The translations under genes were made by a program, and so were the position numbers. A model generated the notes under the pieces. That model did not search any database. It saw only the letters and a program-made list of their open reading frames with translations, and was not told the DNA's origin. Below, piece by piece: positions 19,639 through 27,333 of a stretch of 64,000 nucleotides of DNA; the first letter of the stretch is position 1; each line of letters begins with the position of its first letter. Origin of the DNA: Candidatus Altiarchaeota archaeon (GTDB lineage: Archaea; Altiarchaeota; Altiarchaeia; IMC4; SCGC-AAA252-I15). The stretch spans positions 2,570 through 66,569 of the forward strand of contig JAZDMS010000010.1 in assembly GCA_043800705.1 (NCBI GenBank), in the 5' to 3' direction.

Positions 19639-20008
19639 GCTATTGATAGATTCCAGCATTTGGCTGGCCTACTTTCTCGCTTTAGAGGGGAAAGTTGCTA
19701 CCCTAATTGACTCTGAAGAAAATACACTTTACACATCAGTCATTAGCCTGCATGAAGTGCAAAAAAAATTGGCGAAGATGGGCCACACCAGCCATCAGAT
19801 TGCTAAAGCCATCGCTTTCATGAAACAGAACAGTGTGCTCGTACAAATAGACGCTAAGATAGCGGAGGCATCAGTCGCCCACTGCAGAGAACATGGACTG
19901 CACACAGTCGATGCCCTCATATATGAAACAGCAGTAGAAAACAAATGTACTCTACTGACTGGGGACTACGACTTCAAAAACCTCCCCAACACAGAGATAT
20001 TCAGGTAA
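19625..20008 (+). CDS. vapC: PIN-domain toxin VapC
   Basis: PIN acidic residues (LLIDSS, TVDALIYETA, LLTGDYDF). Confidence 0.8.
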   Translation: MTGIRLLIDSSIWLAYFLALEGKVATLIDSEENTLYTSVISLHEVQKKLAKMGHTSHQIAKAIAFMKQNSVLVQIDAKIAEASVAHCREHGLHTVDALIYETAVENKCTLLTGDYDFKNLPNTEIFR

Positions 20009-20053
20009 AGCCTGGGCCGGAAGACCGTAGACGGAGGACTGGAGACTTTCCCG

Positions 20054-20068
20054 ATCCCTTCCCCCGCA
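20054..20068 (+). repeat. att-like direct repeat atcccttcccccgca, identical to the 3' terminal 15 nt of tRNA-Leu
   Basis: Exact 15-nt match to 18658-18672. Confidence 0.55.
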
Positions 20069-20210
20069 TAGGTAAATACGCAACTGTCAACCTGATCGTT
20101 TAAAGGGTATTACTCTAAGCTGATACCTTAGGTAGAACCCATTCACCACGCTGGTTTGGTTGTTGGTCTGGCTTTCCTACGCTATTTTTCCATAATTTTT
20201 TTTAGGCCTT

Positions 20211-20341
20211 TTTTTTATTGGCTTCGATTATCCTTTTTCTTCTCTTGTCTAATTTATTCATCCTGCGCGTTTTTGCCATAATCCTTTCAACTTTATTTTT
20301 CATTGGCTTCAATTACCCTATTTCCCCTCTTGTTTAATATA
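20211..20341. repeat. Two imperfect ~40-nt direct repeats (attggcttcRattaYcct...ctcttgtYtaat) spaced ~87 nt apart, iteron-like
   Basis: Read directly: about 75% identity between the copies. Located between convergent genes. Confidence 0.3.
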
Positions 20342-20366
20342 TGCGGTTTTACTTGTATTGTGGCTG

Positions 20367-20762
20367 TCACATTTCGTGGTCGGCACCTTTCCCCGATTGG
20401 TAATCCCTGTGGTTTTGCACCAGTTCCATGAAGTGTCGCTTGTCATATACGATGCTATCCTCCATTTGGCCGTAGCTAACGGATATTTTACCCTGCTTGT
20501 TCACTCGGGCGTCGAAATGTTTCCACTTGCCGTCGCAGACGTACAGTAGCTCGCTGCCCAGGTCTTTGGCGAAGTGTAGGGTGATGCCTGCCTCATGGCT
20601 CCACTGGACCAGTTTCTCGACGCTGCGGGCCTGTTTGGGGGGCTGTAGATTCTTCTTGCAGCGGGGGCAGATCTCCTTGTCGCCAGTGTATTGGGCGACC
20701 TTGTATCTGGGTGTGAACTTTTTGCTGCATTTGGGGCAGAGATGGAACTTGTGCGTTGTCAT
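20367..20762 (-). CDS. Zn-ribbon protein with a possible PD-(D/E)xK/DUF559-like nuclease fold
   Basis: CPKC...CPRC at the N-terminus; ELLYVCDGKWKHFDAR resembles the DUF559 (Vsr-like) core. Confidence 0.4.
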   Translation of the reverse strand: MTTHKFHLCPKCSKKFTPRYKVAQYTGDKEICPRCKKNLQPPKQARSVEKLVQWSHEAGITLHFAKDLGSELLYVCDGKWKHFDARVNKQGKISVSYGQMEDSIVYDKRHFMELVQNHRDYQSGKGADHEM

Positions 20763-21572
20763 GGCGTATTCACTCCTTAGCTTAGTCTATTATTACTTCG
20801 CCCTTGGGGCCAATAAAGCAGGCGCAGACTCGACTATAAGGCTGTGAGGTGTTGGTCTACACGCTTTTTTTCACTGCCTCCATTTTACACACACATGCCA
20901 GCGCTCCAATTGATTTCATCGTTGATACCCCGCTGCTCTGCAGCGGGGACGTATGTGCACGTATCCTCTACGTATAGCTAATAAATAGGATATTGGATCA
21001 TTTTGGTTAATTTTTTTGTCTTGTGGCGCGTTTAACTGCCTTCTTGTAATTGTGTTTGTTTTTTGCTGTGTTGCACAATTAGTTGGGGTTTTTCGTTTTT
21101 TCCCTCTTATGCTCTTTGCATCTTTTGGTATGCCCCTATTTTACATGCTGCTTCTTGCAGCGTGCCTGTTTCGCTTGTTGCCCTAATTTGCTCTCCGAAA
21201 ATCCGTTTTATTATGCTTGTCGACTGAATACTGCGGGCTTTTGCCCGCAGATGAAGTGTGCCTCGTAAATCATTGGGTGCGGGGGTTTGAATCCCCTCTG
21301 CGTTTGTCCACTAGGTGCAGAAGCGGATGGGCAGGGTGTCTTCCGTGAGGGGGTTGTTTGACCCCCTTGGGATTGTTCATGGCCGGATTAAGTCGTGCGA
21401 CTTTATATCCTTCGCGGTTTTTGCGTGTTTTAAGGCGTTTGTGCTATAAGTTTGGGTGGAAACCAAGAGCGCTACGGAGCCAAGGACGACTAAGAAGAAG
21501 ACGGCCGCCAATAAGCGGTTTAACAAGATGAGGCATAATACCGAGGGCAAGCGGGGCCGCAGGTAAGCGTTT

Positions 21573-21860
21573 TTGTCTCTTGTTATGCGTTATCCTAAGC
21601 AGCTTGGGCGGATGGGGAGGTCGAGGCGGGGCAGCATATTTCTCACGAACCCTAGGGGTGAGTCCTTCAACGTCCACCAGACCGTGGCCTATATCTGGGA
21701 TAATGCGTCCGGTTCGAAGACGATCCAGGAGATATCCGACTCGCTGATGGAGGCCTTGCAGGTGAGGGAGGAGGACCGTGAGGGTGAGCGGGAGAATGTC
21801 CTCCTGGCGTTTAGGGATTTGGAGCGCAAGTCCCTGATAGAGTACAGGGTCGGGAAGTAG
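21573..21860 (+). CDS. PqqD-like peptide chaperone (RiPP recognition element)
   Basis: SFNVHQTVAYIWDNASGSKTIQEISDSLMEAL...VLLAFRDLERKSLIE matches the PqqD pattern. Confidence 0.6.
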   Translation: MSLVMRYPKQLGRMGRSRRGSIFLTNPRGESFNVHQTVAYIWDNASGSKTIQEISDSLMEALQVREEDREGERENVLLAFRDLERKSLIEYRVGK

Positions 21861-21893
21861 GCCGGTCCGGTCTGTCGAGGCCGCTGATATCGT

Positions 21894-23681
21894 TCACGGG
21901 GGTTTGCGCATTTTGTCTCTCATCTGGTATGCGTATTCTAGGTTTTCATTGGTGCTTGTGTCGTCGGGGTTGATCCTTTTGGCTGCCTCGTATTCTCTGA
22001 TGGCTTTTTCGGGCTCTCCACGTGCGAGGTAGGCGGTTCCCAGGTTGCTTCGGGCTTCGTAGTAGTATGGGTTGGATACTATCGCCAGGCCGTATTCTTC
22101 GGCAGCCTCGGCGGTCCTGTTTGTCCTGATGTATGTGTTTCCCAGGTTTAGGTGGGCGTAGGGCCTCAGGGAGTCGATTCGGACCGCTTCCTTGAGCGCT
22201 TTTTCTGCTTTGGCGTATTCTCCGGCGCTGTTGTATGCTTCGCCGAGGTTGTTGTGGGCTTCGTAGTGGTTCGGGCTGTGTTCGACCGCCTTCAGATAAT
22301 ACTCGAGCGCCTTTTGGCTCTGTCCCAGGCTGGCGTATTCCCTGCCGAGGTTGTTGTATGGGTTGTACATCCCCGTGCCTTCTATGTCCGCCCTGTAGCC
22401 CCCGTTGTTGACAAGTAGCATGAGAACCGCCAATGCGATTGCTGGTTTTATCAGGGTTTTGCCGCTTCGCCATATGTCCCAGAGGCGCCATATGGCGTGG
22501 GCGCAAAAGAGGATCACGGCAAGGATGAGGGTTATCCTGAATCTGCCCTTGACGAAGAACAATATGAACGAGGCTGCGTAGGCGATCATGAATATGCCGG
22601 TCGGCCGGGCTTTTCTGTTGCCGATGCTATAGGCCGCGCCGAGGATGCCAAGGGGCGCTATCAGCGCCATGGTCGGTATCATGTATCCGAGTATTCCTTG
22701 GTCTTTCTCGAACCAGTAGTCCTCCATGTCCGGTATCTCGTAGGCGTTGACGTATAGCATCGCCTTACGCAGCATCAGGGCGGCCCACCCGGCGGGGTCT
22801 GAGGTCATGTATGTTATCGCCTTGTCCCGAAGCAGTGCGTCCGCTTCGAGGATGCTTCGGCCGCGTGGGGTATATTCGTCCTGTTCGATGTAGTATGCGT
22901 TCCCTGAAGAGTGTATCAGTTCGTTCAGGGGCGTGAATGTCCCCGTCGCCTTCGGGTTGTTGCCTATGTAGAGGTTGACGCCGAAGTTGCCCGTCACGGG
23001 GGCTATGCCCCCTGCCATCATGTTCCTGGCGGTGATCGGGGCGACTGCCACCAATGCGCCGACAAGCAGCCAGGCTGCGGCGTGCCTTGATTTTTTTCGT
23101 GTCGGGTAGAGCCAGTTCATTGCGAGAATCAGCGGCAGGATCACGAGTATGTTCGATTTGCCCCAAGCGCTGATGCCCAATACTACCCCCGCCAGCGCCC
23201 AGGTTTGGGGCTTCCCTTCATCGTAGGCTTTGGTAAGGAGGTATATGAGGGCGGCATTGACGAATATCAGGACCGGCTCGGATAGGATGGTCCCCGTATA
23301 GAATACTAGCGGCCCGTATACCGCCGCCATGAGCCCGGCCGTGAGGCCGGTCCTCGCATCGTAGACTCGTTCCCCGAGGAGTTGGATGATTGTGCACGCC
23401 AGCGCCTCCATTATCGCCTGGACGATAAATACCGCCGCGATGTCGTGGCCGAATACAACGTGGATTGCGGCAAGGAAGTATGTGTACAGCGGCCCAAGCT
23501 GGTAGACGCCTCCCTGAATCGGCCCCTGTTCGATGATGGCATGGGCTGCCAGGTCGTATGTCTTGGAGTCGAACATCAGCGTCGTATGGAAAGGGCTTGA
23601 GAGCGCCTGGGAGACATAGACGAGCCTGATGGAAAGCGCAAGGAAGAAGACGAAGGCTCTGGCGTACGAAGTCGAGTTCAT
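21894..23681 (-). CDS. PMT/ArnT-like (GT39/PMT_2) polytopic glycosyltransferase with C-terminal TPR repeats
   Basis: About 11 TM helices, then about 5 TPR repeats. Confidence 0.6.
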   Translation of the reverse strand: MNSTSYARAFVFFLALSIRLVYVSQALSSPFHTTLMFDSKTYDLAAHAIIEQGPIQGGVYQLGPLYTYFLAAIHVVFGHDIAAVFIVQAIMEALACTIIQLLGERVYDARTGLTAGLMAAVYGPLVFYTGTILSEPVLIFVNAALIYLLTKAYDEGKPQTWALAGVVLGISAWGKSNILVILPLILAMNWLYPTRKKSRHAAAWLLVGALVAVAPITARNMMAGGIAPVTGNFGVNLYIGNNPKATGTFTPLNELIHSSGNAYYIEQDEYTPRGRSILEADALLRDKAITYMTSDPAGWAALMLRKAMLYVNAYEIPDMEDYWFEKDQGILGYMIPTMALIAPLGILGAAYSIGNRKARPTGIFMIAYAASFILFFVKGRFRITLILAVILFCAHAIWRLWDIWRSGKTLIKPAIALAVLMLLVNNGGYRADIEGTGMYNPYNNLGREYASLGQSQKALEYYLKAVEHSPNHYEAHNNLGEAYNSAGEYAKAEKALKEAVRIDSLRPYAHLNLGNTYIRTNRTAEAAEEYGLAIVSNPYYYEARSNLGTAYLARGEPEKAIREYEAAKRINPDDTSTNENLEYAYQMRDKMRKPP

Positions 23682-23750
23682 GTGAGAGGAAGAATGAAAT
23701 ATAAAAATAAAAGAAGGGAGAGGGGGGGTGATCCCCTCTTTGCGTCAGAT

Positions 23751-24341
23751 CTATGGCCAGAGGTTTATCCGCTGGTCGGTCATGACGTCGGGTGTCGTGA
23801 ATTCGACGATCGTTGGCTGTCCTACCCTGGGTATGACCTTCAGCCTGACCTTCTGGTTCTCGGAGATGTTCTCTGCAGACGCGAACGTCACTTTGATGAC
23901 GTCCCCCCTGCTGAGGTATCCCACCTCATAGTCCGGCCCCTGCTTGACGTAGGCGACCGCGAAGTTTACCGTAGATGATGTTCCCCCATTCCCTGAGTAG
24001 TCCAGGTTCTGTGTGGTTTCAGCGGTGTCGACCGTTACGACGGTGTTGTTCAGGTTCATGGACTCGCTGCCTGCCTGAAGCCTCATGAGGAACTCGATGT
24101 CCTCCAGGTTGTGGCCGCTTCTGGCGTCGGTTCCCATGACTGAGACCGCTTCGGCTCCTGTCGAGACGCCTTCCTCGGCCTGTCCGCCTGTCACCAATGC
24201 CCTCTGTTGTAGGCTGCCTGCAGTCGATATCAAGACCGCCGCCGCCACTGCTGCTACCAGAATCACTGCGATAAAAATAATCAGTGTTCCGACTCCCGTA
24301 CTTCCCTTGTTTTTTGTCCTCATATTTTCCCCCTCAATCAA
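23751..24341 (-). CDS. flaB: Archaellin (FlaB/ArlB-type flagellin), a class III signal-peptide protein
   Basis: KGSTGVGTLIIFIAVILVAAVAAAVLISTAGSLQQRA is the signature archaellin N-terminus. Confidence 0.75.
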   Translation of the reverse strand: MIEGENMRTKNKGSTGVGTLIIFIAVILVAAVAAAVLISTAGSLQQRALVTGGQAEEGVSTGAEAVSVMGTDARSGHNLEDIEFLMRLQAGSESMNLNNTVVTVDTAETTQNLDYSGNGGTSSTVNFAVAYVKQGPDYEVGYLSRGDVIKVTFASAENISENQKVRLKVIPRVGQPTIVEFTTPDVMTDQRINLWP

Positions 24342-24480
24342 TTATCATATAGCTGGATAGCTTTGTTATGAATTTCCCTTTTTAGTTTAAAAACCATCCG
24401 GTTCGGATTTTGTCCCTAATATGGCACTGTAGCCGGTTGAGGCTAATCTATTTTTGGTGAACTGGGTGGTATTTAGCAGT

Positions 24481-25026
24481 TTATGGGATTATTGCATTAT
24501 ATTTGTGGACGAGTTCGACGGTCTTTTCCGCGGCCTTTTTTATGTCTTTCACGTTTTTCACGCCTGTTATGATTATCTTCCCGGACCTGAAGACGAGCAT
24601 TACGCTTTTAGGCTCGTCGAGCCGGTAGACTAGTCCCGGGAACTGTTCGGGCTCGTATTCGGCGTTGTAGCATTCTATTGCGAGCTGGTCCAGGTTGACC
24701 TTGACGCCAACGCTCGAGCTGGCGACGATGTTTTGGACTACGACATTCGGCTTACCCTTGGCTTTGATACCGCCTTCGGAAAGCTTCTTCAGAAGCTGCT
24801 TCACCGCGGAGTCGATGTCTTCCATCGTCCGCGCGCCTGTGCAGATGACTTTCCCGCTTGAGAAGATCAGCATGGCGAGCTTCGGATCGTGTATCCGGAA
24901 GACCGCTCCGGGGAAGTTTTCGGGGTTGTACTCTATGCCCTTGACCCTTCCTACGAACTTTTTCAGGTCTATTTTTACTTCGAGCGTGATCGCGGAAACC
25001 ATGTTTTCGATCTTGATCTCGGGCAT
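24481..25026 (-). CDS. tbp: TATA-box binding protein
   Basis: Two TBP repeats. The start is taken at the internal MPEIKIENMV; the longer listed ORF adds a non-conserved extension. Confidence 0.9.
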   Translation of the reverse strand: MPEIKIENMVSAITLEVKIDLKKFVGRVKGIEYNPENFPGAVFRIHDPKLAMLIFSSGKVICTGARTMEDIDSAVKQLLKKLSEGGIKAKGKPNVVVQNIVASSSVGVKVNLDQLAIECYNAEYEPEQFPGLVYRLDEPKSVMLVFRSGKIIITGVKNVKDIKKAAEKTVELVHKYNAIIP

Positions 25027-25052
25027 TTTCAGTGTATATTTAATGCCCCCCA

Positions 25053-25060
25053 TTATATAA
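25053..25060 (-). promoter_or_regulatory. TATA box TTATATAA about 27 nt upstream of the tbp ATG (leaderless-type promoter)
   Basis: The reverse complement of 25027-25070 reads cgcTTATATAAtggggggcattaaatatacactgaaaATG. Confidence 0.4.
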
Positions 25061-25063
25061 GCG

Positions 25064-25717
25064 ATGATCGTCGTGGACTCGAGCAGCGTGATTTCGCTCG
25101 CAGTAAACTGTCTTTGTTCCGTCCTTGAGCAGTTCGGGACCGGTTTCACAATCACACCGAAGGTCTATGAGGAGATAATCACAAGGCCTTCCGGAAACCG
25201 GCGTTTCTCCCTGGAGTCCATGCGCATCAGGCGGCTCGTCTCATCGGGAGCCGTTATTGTGCAGTCGCCCAAGACCGGGCTCTGCGACGATGTCATTTCC
25301 GCAGCCAACAGGATATACTCCATCAGGGGGCGGGACCTGAAGATCATCCACCCCGCCGAGTCCGAGGCGATCGGCTTGGCTGGGGAGATCGGGGCGAAGG
25401 CCCTCCTGATAGACGAGCGCACTACGAGGCTCCTCGTCGAGGACCCGATCGAGCTCAGGGACCTCCTCTCGTACCGCAACAGGGCCGAGGTGAGGATAAA
25501 CGAGGCATGGCTTCGGAAGCTGAAGGACGTCATGCCGAAGATGCCGATTATCCGATCAGCTGAGATAGTGGCCATAGCCTATGAGAAGGGGTATCTGACG
25601 AGGCTGCACGACGTCGAGGACAAGGGCGTCCTCACCGCCGCGCTCTCAGCCTTGAAGTATTCCGGCTGCGCGATAACGTGGGAAGAGATAGAGGAGTACC
25701 AGAAGGCCGTCATCTAG
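25064..25717 (+). CDS. PIN-domain-like protein with a C-terminal extension
   Basis: MIVVDSSSVISL start and ALLIDERTTRL acidic motif. Confidence 0.45.
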   Translation: MIVVDSSSVISLAVNCLCSVLEQFGTGFTITPKVYEEIITRPSGNRRFSLESMRIRRLVSSGAVIVQSPKTGLCDDVISAANRIYSIRGRDLKIIHPAESEAIGLAGEIGAKALLIDERTTRLLVEDPIELRDLLSYRNRAEVRINEAWLRKLKDVMPKMPIIRSAEIVAIAYEKGYLTRLHDVEDKGVLTAALSALKYSGCAITWEEIEEYQKAVI

Positions 25718-25719
25718 GC

Positions 25720-26709
25720 TTATACTTCAAGCCTGCTGAATTCTCGCAGACTACATGGCAATCCTTGGGAGGTTATCCGGAAATACGTTTCGGGGGGTGT
25801 TTTTCCGGGGACCACTTCCGTCACGTATCCCTGCGAACCAAGCGTCGCAACGAGCTTGGAGGCGTACGTTTCCTTATGCAATTGGACATGGGCCTCATCT
25901 ATCGCTTTCCTCTCATCCCTCGTGAAAGCCGCGCATGCCAGGTCGAAGCAGTCGATGAGCGCTTTTCCTCCCGGTTTGAGGCTGTTTAGTACGTTCTCCA
26001 GGGCTCGGGGAGTGTCGGCTGCATCGTATAGGACAAATGTGGACTGGACTATGTCCACCTGGGCTGGAAGCGTGAAATCCTCGATGGACCTGAGGATGAA
26101 GTGGTCGAAGCCGGGGATTGTGCTTTTTGTTTTGGCTCGCCTTGTCCATTCTCGGACGAGGTCATCCCTTATGCTGCCGTCTTCGGATTTGGATTCAGGG
26201 ACTTTCCAGGCGGAAAGCCCTATGGCGTCGTGCCTTAGGGTGCTGCCAAGATCCCTGCGAAGGGTGCCCAGGAGCGGCAGGAACCCCCAGCGGCTGCTCA
26301 GCCTTTCCGCGATCTCGCGCCTTCGCCTCACTTGGGGATATTCCTCGATGTCTGCTCCGATAAGTAGGATTCGTTCTGCGAAGAGGAACTTTGCAGTGAA
26401 ACTGTCATCCGCGTTTCCGGGGCCGATGACTAGCAGAACCGGCCGTTCGCCTGATGATGCCTTCTTCTTAAGGGTTTCGTAGACCTCTTGGCGCTGGCTT
26501 CTGAAGCCGCCTTCATAGCGTAGGTAACCGTCTTCTTCCGTCGATATTCTTCGGTATCGGAGAAGCTTAGGCAGCAGTGCGGGCTCTATCTCAGCTGACA
26601 GGGGGCGTTCGACGATGTTCAATTCTGGCGGGCGCATTTTATCCGCATCAGCGTTTTTCTGCGGCATATTCCCCCTCATGGTTCGCGTAATCCCTTCTAT
26701 TGATGTCAA
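25720..26709 (-). CDS. Hypothetical protein, possibly a class I methyltransferase-like fold
   Basis: VLLVIGPGNAD and LKPGGKALID motifs; weak. Confidence 0.35.
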   Translation of the reverse strand: MTSIEGITRTMRGNMPQKNADADKMRPPELNIVERPLSAEIEPALLPKLLRYRRISTEEDGYLRYEGGFRSQRQEVYETLKKKASSGERPVLLVIGPGNADDSFTAKFLFAERILLIGADIEEYPQVRRRREIAERLSSRWGFLPLLGTLRRDLGSTLRHDAIGLSAWKVPESKSEDGSIRDDLVREWTRRAKTKSTIPGFDHFILRSIEDFTLPAQVDIVQSTFVLYDAADTPRALENVLNSLKPGGKALIDCFDLACAAFTRDERKAIDEAHVQLHKETYASKLVATLGSQGYVTEVVPGKTPPETYFRITSQGLPCSLREFSRLEV

Positions 26710-27238
26710 CCCAGTGGCTGAATTCCTCCAGTTGGACTTTCATCTTCGACGGAATGGCCCTCCCGTATTCCGACAGCCAGCCGTTGTCGGCGAACTCCTT
26801 CGGCAGCGTGTCGTCTTGGACCTTGGCCCGCCTGATGAACTCGGCCAGGCCAGAGCACCTGATTATGCTGTGACGAGGCTGCAGGACTCCGCTCCATGTT
26901 GCCCAGACCTTGAATACGGTGTCTGGGAAGCGGCCTCCTCCGAGGTCGACTGCGAGGACGTCGCATCTTGGAGCGTGTTTTCTGACGAGACTGAGGGTGT
27001 CGAATCCCCTGGCGTCGCCGCAGACGTAGACTACGTTGTCATGTTTTTCGGCGATTTCCGACAGGGCCTTCACGCAGTCCTTCCCCTTGTCGATGAGGAT
27101 GGCGCGCCCTGCTTTGGCAAGGTATGTGTCGGTCGAGCGCCCGACGTGTGGGCCGATCTCGACGACGGTGTCGGCCTCCCTGACGGTCTTTGCAAGGAGG
27201 TTCCTGTATGCTACTACGTCGTAGACGACTGATATCAT
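26648..27238 (-). CDS. SAM-dependent methyltransferase (class I Rossmann)
   Basis: Motif I VVEIGPHVGRST. Confidence 0.5.
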   Translation of the reverse strand: MISVVYDVVAYRNLLAKTVREADTVVEIGPHVGRSTDTYLAKAGRAILIDKGKDCVKALSEIAEKHDNVVYVCGDARGFDTLSLVRKHAPRCDVLAVDLGGGRFPDTVFKVWATWSGVLQPRHSIIRCSGLAEFIRRAKVQDDTLPKEFADNGWLSEYGRAIPSKMKVQLEEFSHWVDINRRDYANHEGEYAAEKR

Positions 27239-27333
27239 TGTTAATTTTAAAGCAGTACATCTATAATATAGGGACGTTTATGGCATTTTTTGGATCGGCT
27301 GATGTTTCGTTTTTTGGCTTCGGAGGCATTTGA

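Larger units (their letters stand above)
18673..21440. mobile_element. Decayed, composite integrated element or genomic island 3' of tRNA-Leu, with no integrase found
   Basis: Marked drop in GC over this stretch. There are three partial copies of the tRNA-Leu 3' end (19335-19372, 20054-20068, T-arm-like 21283-21298). Cargo includes a VapBC pair, a Cys-rich secreted protein and a Zn-ribbon/nuclease-like protein. Confidence 0.5.

Noticed and set aside
21283-21298. Additional tRNA gene
   Set aside because: Only a T-arm-like gggggtttgaatcccc is present; no acceptor, D or anticodon arms could be folded around it.
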